Assembly (NCBI RefSeq): GCF_001194135.2
Contig: NC_069001.1
Location: 25,396,663-25,457,219, forward strand
Length of the DNA stretch: 60,557 bases
Source of the DNA: Octopus bimaculoides
Lineage: Eukaryota
Direction of reading: 5' to 3'
This document shows, piece by piece, positions 33,765-46,800 of this stretch; positions within the stretch are counted from its first letter, which is position 1; each line of letters starts with the position of its first letter. A program made the position numbers and the translations under genes. The notes under the pieces are model-generated. The model searched no databases and had not been told where the DNA came from. It saw only the letters and a program-made list of their open reading frames with translations.

Positions 33765-34486
33765 TTGCTTTTTTTTTCAATTTGACATATTATATGTGTC
33801 TCTAATTGAAATTTGCTTTTTCTTATAGGCGTTTTACTCTCCTTTATAAATTTCAATAAGAATTATATATTAGGCTTTTCCCCTCAGCTCTACAAACAAA
33901 TAGAAGCCAAATAGAGTTTAATGGACGCACGCAATGGAAAAGAACAATATCTTGAAAAGACAAAATCATTCTTGACTCCCATAGAAATTGGATAGACATT
34001 CGTGCGTTCTGGTATCCATTTTTTGCAAATCGGTTTTAATAAATCATTAGCATTTTAATCCGATCATGTTTGGTAAGAACCTTATTTCCTTTCTCAAGAT
34101 ATCTGTTTTCTCCCAAAATAAATAAAAGATAAATATATCAATACGAACAGCAACACTAATGATTATCACTATGATAATGAAAATTAGAATAATAATAATG
34201 CAGTAATAATAGTAATAATGACGATTTACAACGACTAGTTACGAGGGCAAACTGATTAGTATCAAAATTAGAGTAATTATTTTTCAATGATACAATAATT
34301 ATTATTCAAAGAGAGTTTGATAATCTTTGAAGGTTAGATATATTAATAAGATAAGAAATGTAAGTTTTTTACGGCAGAACAAAGTAGAGCAATTTGTTCA
34401 AGTAATGTTATACAGATGATGACTAACTGCGATAATAAATTCTTTCACAAGCCCATACGTTTATGTGTGTGTATGTCTATATATGC

Positions 34487-34561
<75 letters not shown>

Positions 34562-34587
34562 AATACATACTTTCATATATATATATA

Positions 34588-35006
34588 TTCTTTTTATTTG
34601 TTCCAGTCATTATACTGCGGCCATGCTGGGGCACCGTCTAGAAATATTAGTCGAATGAATCGACCCCAGTACTTATTTTATTTTTAAAAAATCTAAGCCT
34701 GGTAGTCCATCGGCTCCTTTTTCCGAGCCTGTAAGTTGAGGGGCCGCGAGCACACTAACACCGATTATCTAGCGTGGTCTGGGGACTATATACATATATA
34801 TGTGTGTGTGTGTGCGTGTGTGTATATTTATACATACGTATACGACGGTCTTCTTTTAGTTTCCGTTCACCAAAACAACATAAAAGGCTTTGGTCCATCC
34901 GTGGCTATATTTGAAGACATTTTCCCAATTTGTCATATGGTATGACTGAATCCGGTACCATGTGGGTGGAAAACACTCCCCTTTACCACATCGCCACTCT
35001 TGCACC
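34588..35006 (-). mobile_element. SINE family B, old full-length copy
   Basis: Tail CAGTCATTATACTGCGGCCATGCTGGGGCACCG through head CCACATCGCCACTCTTGCACC, heavily diverged. Confidence 0.75.
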
Positions 35007-35015
35007 TTTATGTAC

Positions 35016-35047
<32 letters not shown>

Positions 35048-35049
35048 TA

Positions 35050-35451
35050 TTCTTTTTTTCTTTTATTTGTTTCAGTCATTTGACTGCGGCCATGCTGGAG
35101 CACCGCCTTTAGTCGAGCAAATCGACCCCGGGACTTATTCTTTGTAAGCCTAGTACTTATTCTATCGGTATCTTTTGCAGAACCGCTAAGTTACGGGGAC
35201 ATAAACACACCAGCATCGGTTGTCAAGCAATGCTAGGGGGACAAACACAGACACACAAACACACACACATACATATATATATATACATATATACGACGAG
35301 CTTCTTTCAGTTTCCGTCTACCAAATCCACTCACAAGGCTTTGGTCGGCCCGAGGCTATAGTAGAAGACACTTGCCCAAGGTGCCACGCAGTGGGACTGA
35401 ACCCGGAACCATGTGGTTGGTAAGCAAGCTACTTACCACACAGCCACTCCT
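35050..35451 (-). mobile_element. SINE family B, young full-length copy
   Basis: All modules intact, with CpGs retained (e.g. GTCGAGCAAATCGACCCCGGG). Confidence 0.92.
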
Positions 35452-35599
35452 AAATATATATAAAATTGCTCGCGTTCTTGTGTGTGTTCCTGTGGTTATG
35501 TGTGTGTTAGCCAGCCCCTGCGGTGCTATAATAAATTTTTGACCTTAACTCACACACGTGATCTTATTTTCATTTACACTTTTCACACCATCACCTGTC

Positions 35600-35634
<35 letters not shown>

Positions 35635-36365
35635 CATAAGAGAAAGGTGACCTACCTTAGTAACCTATGACCTGCCATAAACTTTGCAGAAAAGATCTCT
35701 TTAACATGATAGGAATTTAAAAGTTCTTCATTTGTAAAGTCAGTAAATCCAGACGATGTTATGAGCATTTTGGGTATGTTTGAGCAGTTTTCGAATCAAA
35801 CACTCGTATCGGGTACACTGACAATATATCTGCATGCAACTATTTCATTCAAAATGCTTACTGGCACTGATGCGTGAAATGTTGCTTAGCTTGCTTCGTG
35901 ATATCTAATGACCGAGGTTTTCACGAATTGACCACTCAAACACACTCAGCCCATATAATATTCAGAATCACCAGCATAAGCTCCGAATCTAATGAGTTTA
36001 TGTTTACCACCGGATTCATTATATAACAACTAACAAGTAAAGGAAATTAGCTGAGGGTTTCAGCTCCAGTGAGGAACGAATACAAATGAGAAATGTGTAA
36101 AAGCCTTGCAACCAAATCAGAATGAGAAGTACATATTTTTACACACATTTTGCAAAGTTATTTCAATAATAAAAATATTATCTGTGCTATTAACGCATTC
36201 ACAAGCTCCCAGATAATATTTGTTTTAGAACGTAAATCTTATGCTGGTTTTTTTATCGATCGTTTTATGTCATACCTATTTAAAAAAAACATTGTCAACT
36301 GTACAATACTTCTCGCTTCCAGGGCCCGAATCCCTCTAGAAGAGAGAACAGGTTGGGATTACTAA

Positions 36366-36532
36366 TTTCAAACGTTTAATGCAAGAAAAGTAGTATTATT
36401 TGAGTGACATGTGCTTACTTTTCCTAGATATCTTGATGGTGTACGGACTATTCACTCTTACTTCGGATGATGACACCTAGAGATATATTCACTGTGCTGT
36501 ACTCAAGCCAAGTTAGAGAATTCCACGCCGTT
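36366..36532. repeat. Direct repeat copy 1 (copy 2 at 37475-37652)
   Basis: Shared text including GATGATGAC(A/G)CCTAGAGATATATTCACTG...TACTCAAGCCAAGT...GAATTCCACGC. Confidence 0.9.
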
Positions 36533-37474
36533 CATTAAGCCTAGATTAAGCCAAAATTAAGCCTAGTTGCTTAGACTTCATGCTGTTTCCCAACTTATAA
36601 ATGTTAGCATATTGAATATATCTACAAAAAAAAAAAAAAGAATTTTCAGAAGAACCGGATTAGATGCCAAATAAATGATTTCCAAATTTATAGCATCAGC
36701 AGAGCATGGAGCTGGAGTATTGTTAGTGTGATCTCTAAAATCATATATTAACCTGAATTATTTTTATGCATGTCATTTGTGATGTACCTAATGCAGTTTC
36801 AATAATAGAAACTTCTGATATATAACTTCAATTTAAAATAATAAAGTTTATATCAGCACTAATGGTTTCTGTGCCGAGGTATGTTTTAGAAAATGACGAA
36901 AAAAAAATGGAATAAATGAAAGTTGTTATAACAACACTGCTGGAATATCTTCACAGAAATGAATAAAAGAATGGGATTGGAACATGGGATTTATATAAAG
37001 GAAGCTAATATGCAAAATGAAACACGGGAAAGAGTTTCCATATATAATACAAGAAATATAATTAGAAAGCTAGAGGCAGAAGCCAACAAAATGAAGAGAT
37101 ACTTTGGAGGAATATCAGTTTAAAAAATAATATTTTCTTCAAACAGAAAATATTGTTCGGAGCACGATCTATTAATACTTGAAGAAACTGATTAACTCGA
37201 GGCAAGTAAGACTAAAATACACCAGTTAGACATAGGAGGAAATTTTCACTGCAATACTTTATATATCGCTGCAGTTGCGCTACCATTTTATCGTGTATTA
37301 GAAGTATGCACTAACAAGTGGAGATAGGAATAATAAAAGAACGGTATGCCAATGAAAACTTACGTCATATTTTTATTGTTTGGCTCAGCTCATTCTATAA
37401 TCAATGACATTGAAGCAAAAGCATCCATCTTAATTTTCGAAGTAATGTATATAAGACTATTTTATCAAAAATGC

Positions 37475-37652
37475 TTTCAAATGTTTAATGTAAGAAAACT
37501 AGTATCATTTTGAGTGATGTGCTTGTTATTCCTAAATATCTTGATCGTATACGGACTTCTACTTCAGGTGATGACTTTTGCTTCAGATGATGACGCCTAG
37601 AGATATATTCACTGCGTGGTACTCAAGCCAAGTAAAAGAATTCCACGCGGTT
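37475..37652. repeat. Direct repeat copy 2
   Basis: See copy 1; carries an internal ACTTCAGGTGATGAC/GCTTCAGATGATGAC duplication. Confidence 0.9.
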
Positions 37653-40224
37653 GAGCGACATGCTGAAATGAAGTCGGAAAATGCCTCGGAAAATTAGACA
37701 TTAATTTATAAAGAAAGGCACTTGTGTTTAGAAGAATGTATATTTTGTTATACATTACTTTAAAGCAATTTAGAGGATGATGCTTCAAAATAATTCCGTT
37801 GTTTATATGTTCAGTCAGTTAAGCAGTGATCTATATATACTGGAGAGCAAACATTGTACCTTATGTTAAGTCCATGTACAAAGATTGAAGAAAAATAACT
37901 ACTGCTAAACATATCGCTCTGACTATAAACATGAACACCTGTGCAACCACAAATCGAATATTTGCAAAGACATAGGCATTACAAATTCAAAGGTGAAGAC
38001 TGAAAACAGATCCGAAAAGATGTGGCGATAAACATTACTCCTCAGTATAGTTACTACTTTCATCTCTCCCAGAATTACTTTGCATATTGCAAGATCAGTG
38101 ACTGATTGTCGCTCGGTTTGCCACATATTGCGAGCTGGTGCGATTTCCTGCTATCTCTAACAATGGACACAACTAGCCTGAAACCATTCCGTCTGGTAGT
38201 CCCGTTGTCTGTTAGAAGATGGTAGGCGTTCACTCCCCAGCTTATAATGTATAACAGGTGCATATTGCATCGATCACCAGCTGCAGGAGGCTCATCTTGA
38301 GAGTAAAGAAATGGTAGCAACGTCGAGCAGCCATATTGATGTGGCTATAAACATTAATTCTCAGTAACTACTACTGTTCTTTAATTATTTGAGTTTTGCT
38401 AATAATTTTTCCTTCATTCTTTGACCGTGAGAAATCCATGATTGTACAGGTCTAATATTTAAATCATTCTAAATGTTAGCATCGATTTTTTTAGACAATA
38501 TTCGTCGTTGTTTAAATTCTGTTTTGCCACAAGTCAGCCCTAACCAAGAAACTATATGACCTTATGTATTGAAGTGATTACCATTTCGTCGTTTTCATTC
38601 AAGCTTTGTTAACGTGTTTGGATATGATCTGATATAGATCTACCTGCACTTTCTAGCAGGTCGAGTAAGTGGTTCGACGTAGGTGTGACAGCTATGTCTT
38701 TTTATAAAACAGGATAGTGGAGGGTGATGAAAGGCGGCAAACTGGAAGAATACAGGTGCTATACGGTTTTATTTCTGGCTCTCATTTCAAATTTTATATT
38801 CGCCCCTTTGGAGACGTTTAATACAGTAACCACCCGATACTGCGGTCAATTCTCCATTTCTGACTCACTTTCTCATTTCCAATATCTGGCTTTCTTAACC
38901 CCCTCCATCTTTTTGTATCCATCTGGAAGAAATTGCTTTTGTCTAGATCAACCAAAGAATGGATTTTGAAAAATATATATACGAAAGGTACCCTGCCTGT
39001 TAGGAAGAACTCCAAGAAATCTGTCTAACGTTATCAACATAGTTAAGTTTGTGAATTGAGACTGTTTTGCTACAGATTCTATATCAACCAATCGATTTGA
39101 GACTTGTTTCAGTAGTGGCAACATTTGTTGTTGATTAGCTATTGATTAGCTAGTAGCGGATCCACTTTCTTTGATGACGTCTACGAATAAAGAAATTCCA
39201 AGAGGCGCCATTGTTTTTCGGGTTAGATAGGATTATATTTTATGTTCTTTATTGAAAATAATGGGCAGCCAATTGTGGGTGACTTGGATGATATCTTTCA
39301 CAAAGTGAACGTTCGCACAAATTCTCCATTAATTTCTACAGAGAAGAGATGAGAAAGAAAATAAACATCGAATATCAACGAAAGAGAAATGTATTTCAAC
39401 TGAGATATGTGACTTGATAAATTCAATGCTAGAATTATATTGATTTTAGGAGAATGCATACGCTATAAGAAAGGAGAGTAAGTTGCATGGGATAAGTGTA
39501 TTAAGAATAAAATGACAAGGTATGACAAACTTCTGTAGTAAGAAAATGTAAAGTGATTATATGATGAGAAATTATTTGGAGAAGGAAGTCAGATATGTTT
39601 TTGGCAATATATGGTGTATGCAAAAAAAAATGGAAGATAAGATTTATATCTTGCAAAAAATATGAATTATTATTGCCGATTATATGAACGTAACTGCCAT
39701 TGTAGATCAGGATAACAGTTTAAAACAAAAGACAAACCAGGAATCAGATTTAGAATGAGAGGATTCGAGATGAAATATTATATACCATTTCCTGGAGAGT
39801 GGCGAGAGATACAATGAGATTAATACAGGAGATATTTCATTTCCTTGTGCTCAAGAGCAAACCTCGTGTCTAGTGAATAAGTACATTGGGCATTAGGTTA
39901 TTTGATTTAAGAATGTAAAGAAAGAAAACGAATAAAATACAAGTAAAAGCAGGGAAGTTAACATTGTTTGAATGTTTATCCAAACAATGAAAACTGGGAA
40001 AGGGATCAAATCTCGCCCTCTTTTATGGAAACTCAAAACGTTATTATTAACATTTTGTTTTCATTTCCTACTGTGGAAACTATTAATACATGAATATTAA
40101 TCGTTCGTACGATAGTAATGAAAGTGATTTATTAAAAATTCTTATTTTAAATTATTTGAAGAAATGGCATTTTTTATCAAAATATTAAGTGAGATAGTAC
40201 AAACTTGACACTTATTTTTATCTT

Positions 40225-40570
40225 ATCCAGAGTTTCATTGCTTCTGACGTAGGAAGCCTCCCTCCGGATTTCTCTGTCAGGAAGCGGATGAGATCAATTC
40301 ACCATTTTCTCCTTGTTCAACTTCCTGATCATGTCCATACAGTTACCCTGATTGTTGTCATTCAGTCATGCGATGTGGTCAGCCCATGTATATTTGTTGT
40401 CCTTAATGGTTCTTATGATGTCGTTGACTCTCGTGTGCTGTTGAATGCAGGCGTTGCTTTTCTTATCCCGCAATGTGACGTCAGGCCTGATTCGTTCCAT
40501 TTTTGGCTGGGCTACAATGAGAGTATCCAGGGTGGTGGTGTTGAGAGCCTACGTTTCCCCGCCATAAATC
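40225..40570 (-). mobile_element. RTE-clade LINE 3' fragment (RT C-terminus), decayed
   Basis: Minus translation GET*ALNTTTLDTLIVAQPKMERIRPDVTLRDKKSNACIQQHTRVNDIIRTIKDNKYTWADHIA matches the RTE pattern YGxETW...MER...LRDxxxNxxIRxxTxVxDI...KWxWAGH. Confidence 0.8.
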
Positions 40571-40927
40571 ATCGTATCTATAATAGCTCCAATGAGCACG
40601 ATATACAAATTACACTCCAACATCGACTTAAAAGAAATAAAATGGAAATGGCAGTCATCATGTAATTGAGTTGGTATGAAAGAGAGTGTGTTGACACTGA
40701 AAAGATATATCGCAGAAATGACATTTAGTAAAATTCAAAACAATTTAAATTATAATTTATTTCATGAGATGTCACAAGGATCTATATGAAGAGAAAGGGT
40801 GAAGTGCGTTCCATCAAGACAGAACCCGAATTGAGATTATGTCTTCGCCCCAGAAACAGGAAAATTATAACTGGCCTCAGTTAAATCTGATCTTGGAATA
40901 TCAGGGGTCGGAATAAACAACATAATA

Positions 40928-41122
40928 CTGATTTCAAATGTTTCGGAGAAGAGGAGGCAAGATGATTACATGGACCCAAATACTCAACTGGTATTTAATT
41001 TATCGGCCTCGGAAGGATGACAGGCAAAGTTAACCCCGGCGGCATTGGAACTCACCCTGTGCAAGGACGGACTAAATGCCGCTAAGCAGTTTGCCCGGTG
41101 TGCTAACAAATCTGCCAGCTCA
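40928..41122 (-). mobile_element. SINE family A
   Basis: TTTATCGGCCTCGGAAGGATGACAGGCAAAGTTAACCCCGGCGG...TGCTAACAAATCTGCCAGCTCAC. Confidence 0.8.
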
Positions 41123-41124
41123 CA

Positions 41125-41320
41125 ATGCCAGTAATTTCCATGGAGGGGATGAGTCGATTACATCGACTCCAATGCTTCGCTGGTACATATTTTATCAGAC
41201 CGAAGAGGTGGAAAGGTAAAATCGTCCCCGGTGGCATTTGAACTCAGAAATGAAAGACGGACTAATTACTGCCAAGCATTTTGTTCGGCTTGCTAATGAT
41301 CCAACCAGCTCGCCGTCTTA
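41125..41320 (-). mobile_element. SINE family A, tandem to the previous copy
   Basis: GAGTCGATTACATCGACTCC...GGCATTTGAACTCAGAA...CCAGCTCGCCGTCTT. Confidence 0.8.
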
Positions 41321-42893
41321 ATGAACAACATGGTACTAGTAAGACAGACCAAATGTTTAAATTCCCGGTGAGTGCATTATAAAACGGTGCATTATAAATA
41401 TGCATTTATTTGCATATATTTGAATGATATTTATTTTGCTACATGATAAATAATCTAAAGCCTCCTTAATCCGGATGTGACAGAGAGGCAGAACGTGAAA
41501 GTACGAGATCAAATCTGGTACTCTGCTAATTGTTTCACCCACAGCTTTAACATTGACGGAAAGATTTACGAACATTATATGAATTCTTTTGATTTGCTTT
41601 TCGTATATCTATGCATTTACAATGTCGAGTGTAGAATGTCAACACCACGATAAGATAACAATTTGAATTATAAAATGTCAGTGTGAAAAGTACAAAATGG
41701 ATAAAACAGCTAAGATAAAAACAAGATGAACAGAAAAACTTTGTAAAGTTTATAAAGAATAATAATTTAAAGCAATTGGACGTAGTGTTAAATTAGTAGC
41801 ATCCAAAAGGATTCCAAAAATTCTGTTTATCTCTATTTCAGAGTTCCATTACATGCCTGACTCACCACACAAACATTTAAAATTGTTTTACAAAATTTGA
41901 GAACAATTATCGTACGACTGATGGCAATAATATTATAACAATTCTGCTCATTCTATAGTTTACAACAAATCATAATCTCTCCCTCCCTAGATAAGGCCTT
42001 GCGTATCAGTAATTATGTTTAAACATCAGAAGTTAATATTTGCTGGCTCAATAAACAGCTTTGTGAAAGTCATTGACCCAATCAAAACAAATTATTTAAT
42101 TATTTTGACACTAGTCTTCATCTCTAGACACATCAGTAAATTCTCCGTAAATGTAATTTAAGATAATTTCATGTGTGTGTGGGGCGGGGTGCTGGTGTAT
42201 ATTATACTATGTTATATGATAATGTTATATTATATTACACTATAGTGTATTATATTATGTATCACATTTCATTATATTCTATTGTAATATGTTATATTAT
42301 AGTATATCATTATATTCGAAGCCGAATGTTTTTACAAAGCATGTTTGCTGTAGCATTAATATGTACCTCATTGCCAAACTAAAGATTATGTATTTTTGTC
42401 AGGGTCTTTTTATGTAACGAAAAATCGAAGAGAACAGTGTAAGCTATTCAGAAACATTCATATGCTAAGAAAATTCTGCTGTAGCTACTATTGTTGCTTA
42501 CATTCTGTTTGATCCTTGTAAATCAGTTGTCTGACTGAAGGAATAATTTAATTAACGACCACTTTCGGAACATATACATTCGCATACTCATATAATCATA
42601 AATAAGCACAGGCATAGTTCAGCATATTTGTTTTGTACGCGGGAATCCCACATTCTATCATACTAAGACATTTTAATGGAATTTGAGGAAGAATTTGATG
42701 CCATTCTCTATGTATTGTACGAGTAGATAGATCCTTCATCACTCTCATCTATGTGGTACCTATGTTTTCTCCGACCGTAAATATCTCAAGTGAGACGCAG
42801 TCAAACGTATAGGGATAAAAGCCTACACATCAACTCAGTTATTTAGAGCTGTTCATCCCTTTCAACAAATAAGTTATAAGTTACAACATAATA

Positions 42894-43100
42894 AACAGCA
42901 AGCTAGCAGAATCGCGAGCGTGCCGAACAAAATGCTCTGCGGCTTTTATTCGGTCTATATGTTCTGATTTCAAAATGTGCCGAAGTCGATTTTGACTTTT
43001 ATATATCCGGACTCGGTAAAGTAAATATTAGTTAGGCTTCCTGTAATCGACTTGCCCCTGCTCCTCACAAACCGTTGGTCCATGGATGAAATTCGAAAAC
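42894..43100 (+). mobile_element. SINE family A, degraded
   Basis: GCAAGCTAGCAGAATCGCGAGCGTGCCG...GTTCTGATTTCAAAATGTGCCGAAGTCGATTTTG...GTAATCGACTT. Confidence 0.7.
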
Positions 43101-44986
43101 GTTATTATGTGACTATACATACACAGCACTAAAAGCCTGTATACTAGCGTATGTAAGCGCCTAATCTTTATCTATCTATCAGTGTGTCTGCTCGTATGTA
43201 TGTATGTCTGTATGTATGTATTATTTCATCGGACAGATGTGTTCGCAATTTTGTGATGCTAAAACCAGGAATTTGCGCCTATATTTTGTGATCTGATAGG
43301 AAAAGTCATACAAGCAATATAATTAGCGGTTAACTTTAGAAATACTTCTGTCGTATATTCAGTGTTTTATAATATGTTTTTAATCTTATTTAAATGGTGT
43401 AGTATTCTTTGACAGGAATTGTATAAAATCTGGTATGCGAGTTGTAAAACTAACAATTTATAAAGGAAAATTTATGTAAAGAATATTATTCAAATAACTA
43501 CAATTTCTGACGTCACATATGAAAAATGTATGAAAGACCATATTTAACTTCACTTAAAGCTTCTCATCCTTCAACACATACAAATGGGGAATCTTTGCAG
43601 GTTATGTACAAAACACTTCCTCTAGGGATCAGCAACGAAAACATAAACAATATCAACAAACCTCCATCAACGATAACACAGCGACTACTTTACTTCTAAG
43701 AATGAAAGTAAAAATTCTTTTATCTGCCGACAATTGTGATTTTGTTCTTTAGTTTTCATTGAGCTTTTATTTTTATTTTATTTTATTTTATTTTATTTTA
43801 TTTTATTTTCAAGTGTCGGTTTTCAAATGATTTTTGTAATCCTCGTTAGATTTGCACAACATTGTTGAAATTGATATGCTTAGATGGAGAAAGAGAAATG
43901 TCTAAATAATCACTTTGTATTCTGGCGATTCTTGTTGAAGTATGAAGTACGTTTTAGTTCATACAACCATCCATTCATTTCCGCTTCGGGCCTCTGCTGA
44001 CGCAAACCAGAATAAATCAGCACTGTATAGAATGAATGAGATCCACTTGCTAACAGAATCATTGCGAAAATATCTATAATAATAACACGAATCTCTTGGG
44101 ATGTTTCATGAAATAGGATATCAGTTATAATGTAATAATATTTAATGTATGTCCATAATCTTAGCTCTGAAATTATATGTACACATATCATTGTTCGTTC
44201 TAGTTGCAAACAATTCTATTTACACTAACGTCTTTGTGTTGTGCGAATTGATCTGAAACTGTTCTTTGGGGCTAAACCAGACTGTTAAAAAAAGAAAGGA
44301 AATGAATTAAAAGATAATATAGATATAGAGAACCCACACAAGGCATCAAAGTTAATGATTTCTTTCTTACGCAGAAGATAATTTGTTTTATTATAGGTAT
44401 GATTTTATAATCCATTTATTCGGCATTAATTATACATTTCACCAGAAAACAAAGAGCCTAATCTATTATGTATGTATAAAGACACTTAGTATTGCATCGG
44501 AGATTGCTATGGTTTAAAGCTTATCTAATGGAGAACGTATGCTAGAGGCGTTAACTATCGTAGTTTCAAGGTGTATGAAGTTTAGAATTATCGTGTCCTA
44601 GCAGACATTAGATTAAATGTAGACACATTGAAACTATTATTCTGCATGCAAAATATATTCATTTCTAAAATGAAATAATGAACGACAATATTTTATACTC
44701 TTTAATGAACAACAGTTATTTTTTATTACTTCATTCACCTGCTGGTTTGGATTATTCGACTGGAACTACGATACAGCACTGACCTACAGTTTAAAATATT
44801 TTGTATTTCTACATATTGAGGTTCTTTCCGTCTTACACATATCTTTTCATCACTACTTATTGGGCTGCTAATGAAAGTGATATAGCGAACAAAACATTTT
44901 TTAGCTTTTATTTTCATTTTGTTTTAGAAGGTCTCAAATTATGGACAGGATACGGCTCATGCTCACAGTCAAAGATATGCTATATA

Positions 44987-45141
44987 GGGGTGGCTGTGGT
45001 AATAAGACTGCTTCCCAACCACATGGTTCCAGGTTCAGTCCCACTGCGTAACACCTTCAGCAAGTGTTTTCTGCTTTAGCCTAGGGCCAACCAATGTCTT
45101 GTGAATGGATACGGTAGACGGTAACAGAAAGTAGCACCTCC
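44987..45141 (+). mobile_element. SINE family B head/core
   Basis: GTGGCTGTGGTAATAAGACTGCTTCCCAACCACATGGTTCCAGGTTCAGTCCCACTGCGT. Confidence 0.85.
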
Positions 45142-45155
45142 TATATATCTCTTCT

Positions 45156-45367
45156 ATCTCTTTTATCTCTTTTACTCGTTTCAGTCATTTGACAGCGGCC
45201 ATGCTGGAGCACCACCTTTAGTCGAGCAAATCGACCCCAGGACTTATTCTTTGTCAGCCTAGTACTTATTCTGTCGGTCTCTTTTGCAAGACCGCTAAGT
45301 TACGAGGACGTAAACACACCGGCATCGGTTGTCAAGCGATGTTAGGGAGGCAAACACAGACGCACAA

Positions 45368-45399
<32 letters not shown>

Positions 45400-45566
45400 T
45401 TATACGACGGACGTCTTTCAGTTTCCGTCTACCAAATCTACTCACAAGGCTTTGGTGAGCCCGATGTTATAGTAGAAGACACTTGCCCAAGGTGCCACAC
45501 AGTGGGACTGAACCCAGAACCAAGTGATTGGCAGGCAAGCTACTTACCACACAGCCAATCTTGCGC

Positions 45567-45567
<1 letters not shown>
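45156..45567 (-). mobile_element. SINE family B, young full-length copy
   Basis: Very similar to 35050-35451. Confidence 0.92.
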
Positions 45568-45595
<28 letters not shown>

Positions 45596-45597
<2 letters not shown>

Positions 45598-46725
45598 CGT
45601 TGGTGGATTTTATAAACATTTACAGTCTGGCCATTTCCACTTTCAATTCGGAGTACTTCGTGACTTTTCAACCTCTTTACTCACAACATTCATGTCATTT
45701 GCTATGTCTGCATCAATTATCCTACAGTGTTTGTCTCTCTTATTCAATATGACAATATCCGGCCGACGGTGATCGATTACACGATCCGTGTGAAAATCAT
45801 ATTCCAAGAGTATCGTTACTTTTCCATCTTCCTGCGTAACTTTACTTGGTACATGCTCATACTAGTTCTCTGTTACTTCATATTGGTGTTTACGGCATAA
45901 GAGACAATGAAGATACACACAAATTGTATCGTGACGGCGTTTGTATTATTTCTGTGCAAGGCTCTCGCATCCACTTACCAAATGGGTCACATTTTCCGCA
46001 CTCTTTCCACAGAGTCTGCATTTCTTGGTTCTCGGAAGTTTTTAGATGTTATACTTCACTGATTTGGTAGCGAGAGCCTGGTCTTGTGCAGCAAGTGGTA
46101 CGCTTCAAATCATCTCGCTCAAATCATGCCCAATATGCTGTATTATCCTTAACGTTTTGTGTATTCCTTTCAAACTCTCCATGCATTCTCATTTCAAGAA
46201 TCTCTTCTTTTCTCTTCTCTTCAGCTCTTTGCCTAAACTGTTCCTTGCCCATCATTTCATCTGCATTTACACCCCTATCATTCGCGTCATATTGTAGCAG
46301 GTCTTCATCACTATTTATCAAATACTCAGCAAGCGTTCTTCTTTCACTATTTATGCAATGGTCTATACTAATTAGTCCTCTGCTACCATTCTTTCTTTGC
46401 ATATACAGTCTGTTTACATATGCTTTAAGGTGTAGAGCCCCATGCAGCGTCATCAACTTTCTCATCCTTCTATCTAGTTTTGATATTTCCTCCTTAGTCC
46501 ATTTGAGGATGGACGCACTATATCTGACCACTCCATCTGCCTAGATGATTGCGGTAATCAAATTTTTGGCATTCAGGCTGGATTTCAACACCATCATCAC
46601 CCATTTTTGATACGCCTCGCTGACCTTGATTTTCATTTCTCTGCGTAGAATGTCATCCAGCGCCAGAATCTCTAAATATCTATACCCACTACTGACAAAG
46701 AATAAGGTCTGATTTCGATTTCTTC
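45596..46725 (-). mobile_element. R4/Dong-clade non-LTR retrotransposon fragment (RT C-terminus, CCHC zinc knuckle, restriction-like endonuclease), decayed
   Basis: Minus translation YRYLEIL...SLNAKNLITAI...YSASILKWTKEEISKLDRRMRKLMT...RLYMQRKNGSRGL...HGEF...CRLCGKSAENVTHLVSGC...RHD...RRPDIVIL...IID...KYSEL; several stops. Confidence 0.9.
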
Positions 46726-46734
46726 AACTAAAAC

Positions 46735-46800
46735 ACTTTAAGGTGGTGTTCCAGCATGGCCGTAGTCAAATGACGGAAACTAGTAAACGAATAAAAGAAT
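46735..46800 (+). mobile_element. SINE family B 3' tail
   Basis: AAGGTGGTGTTCCAGCATGGCCGTAGTCAAATGACGGAAAC...AATAAAAGAATA. Confidence 0.75.
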
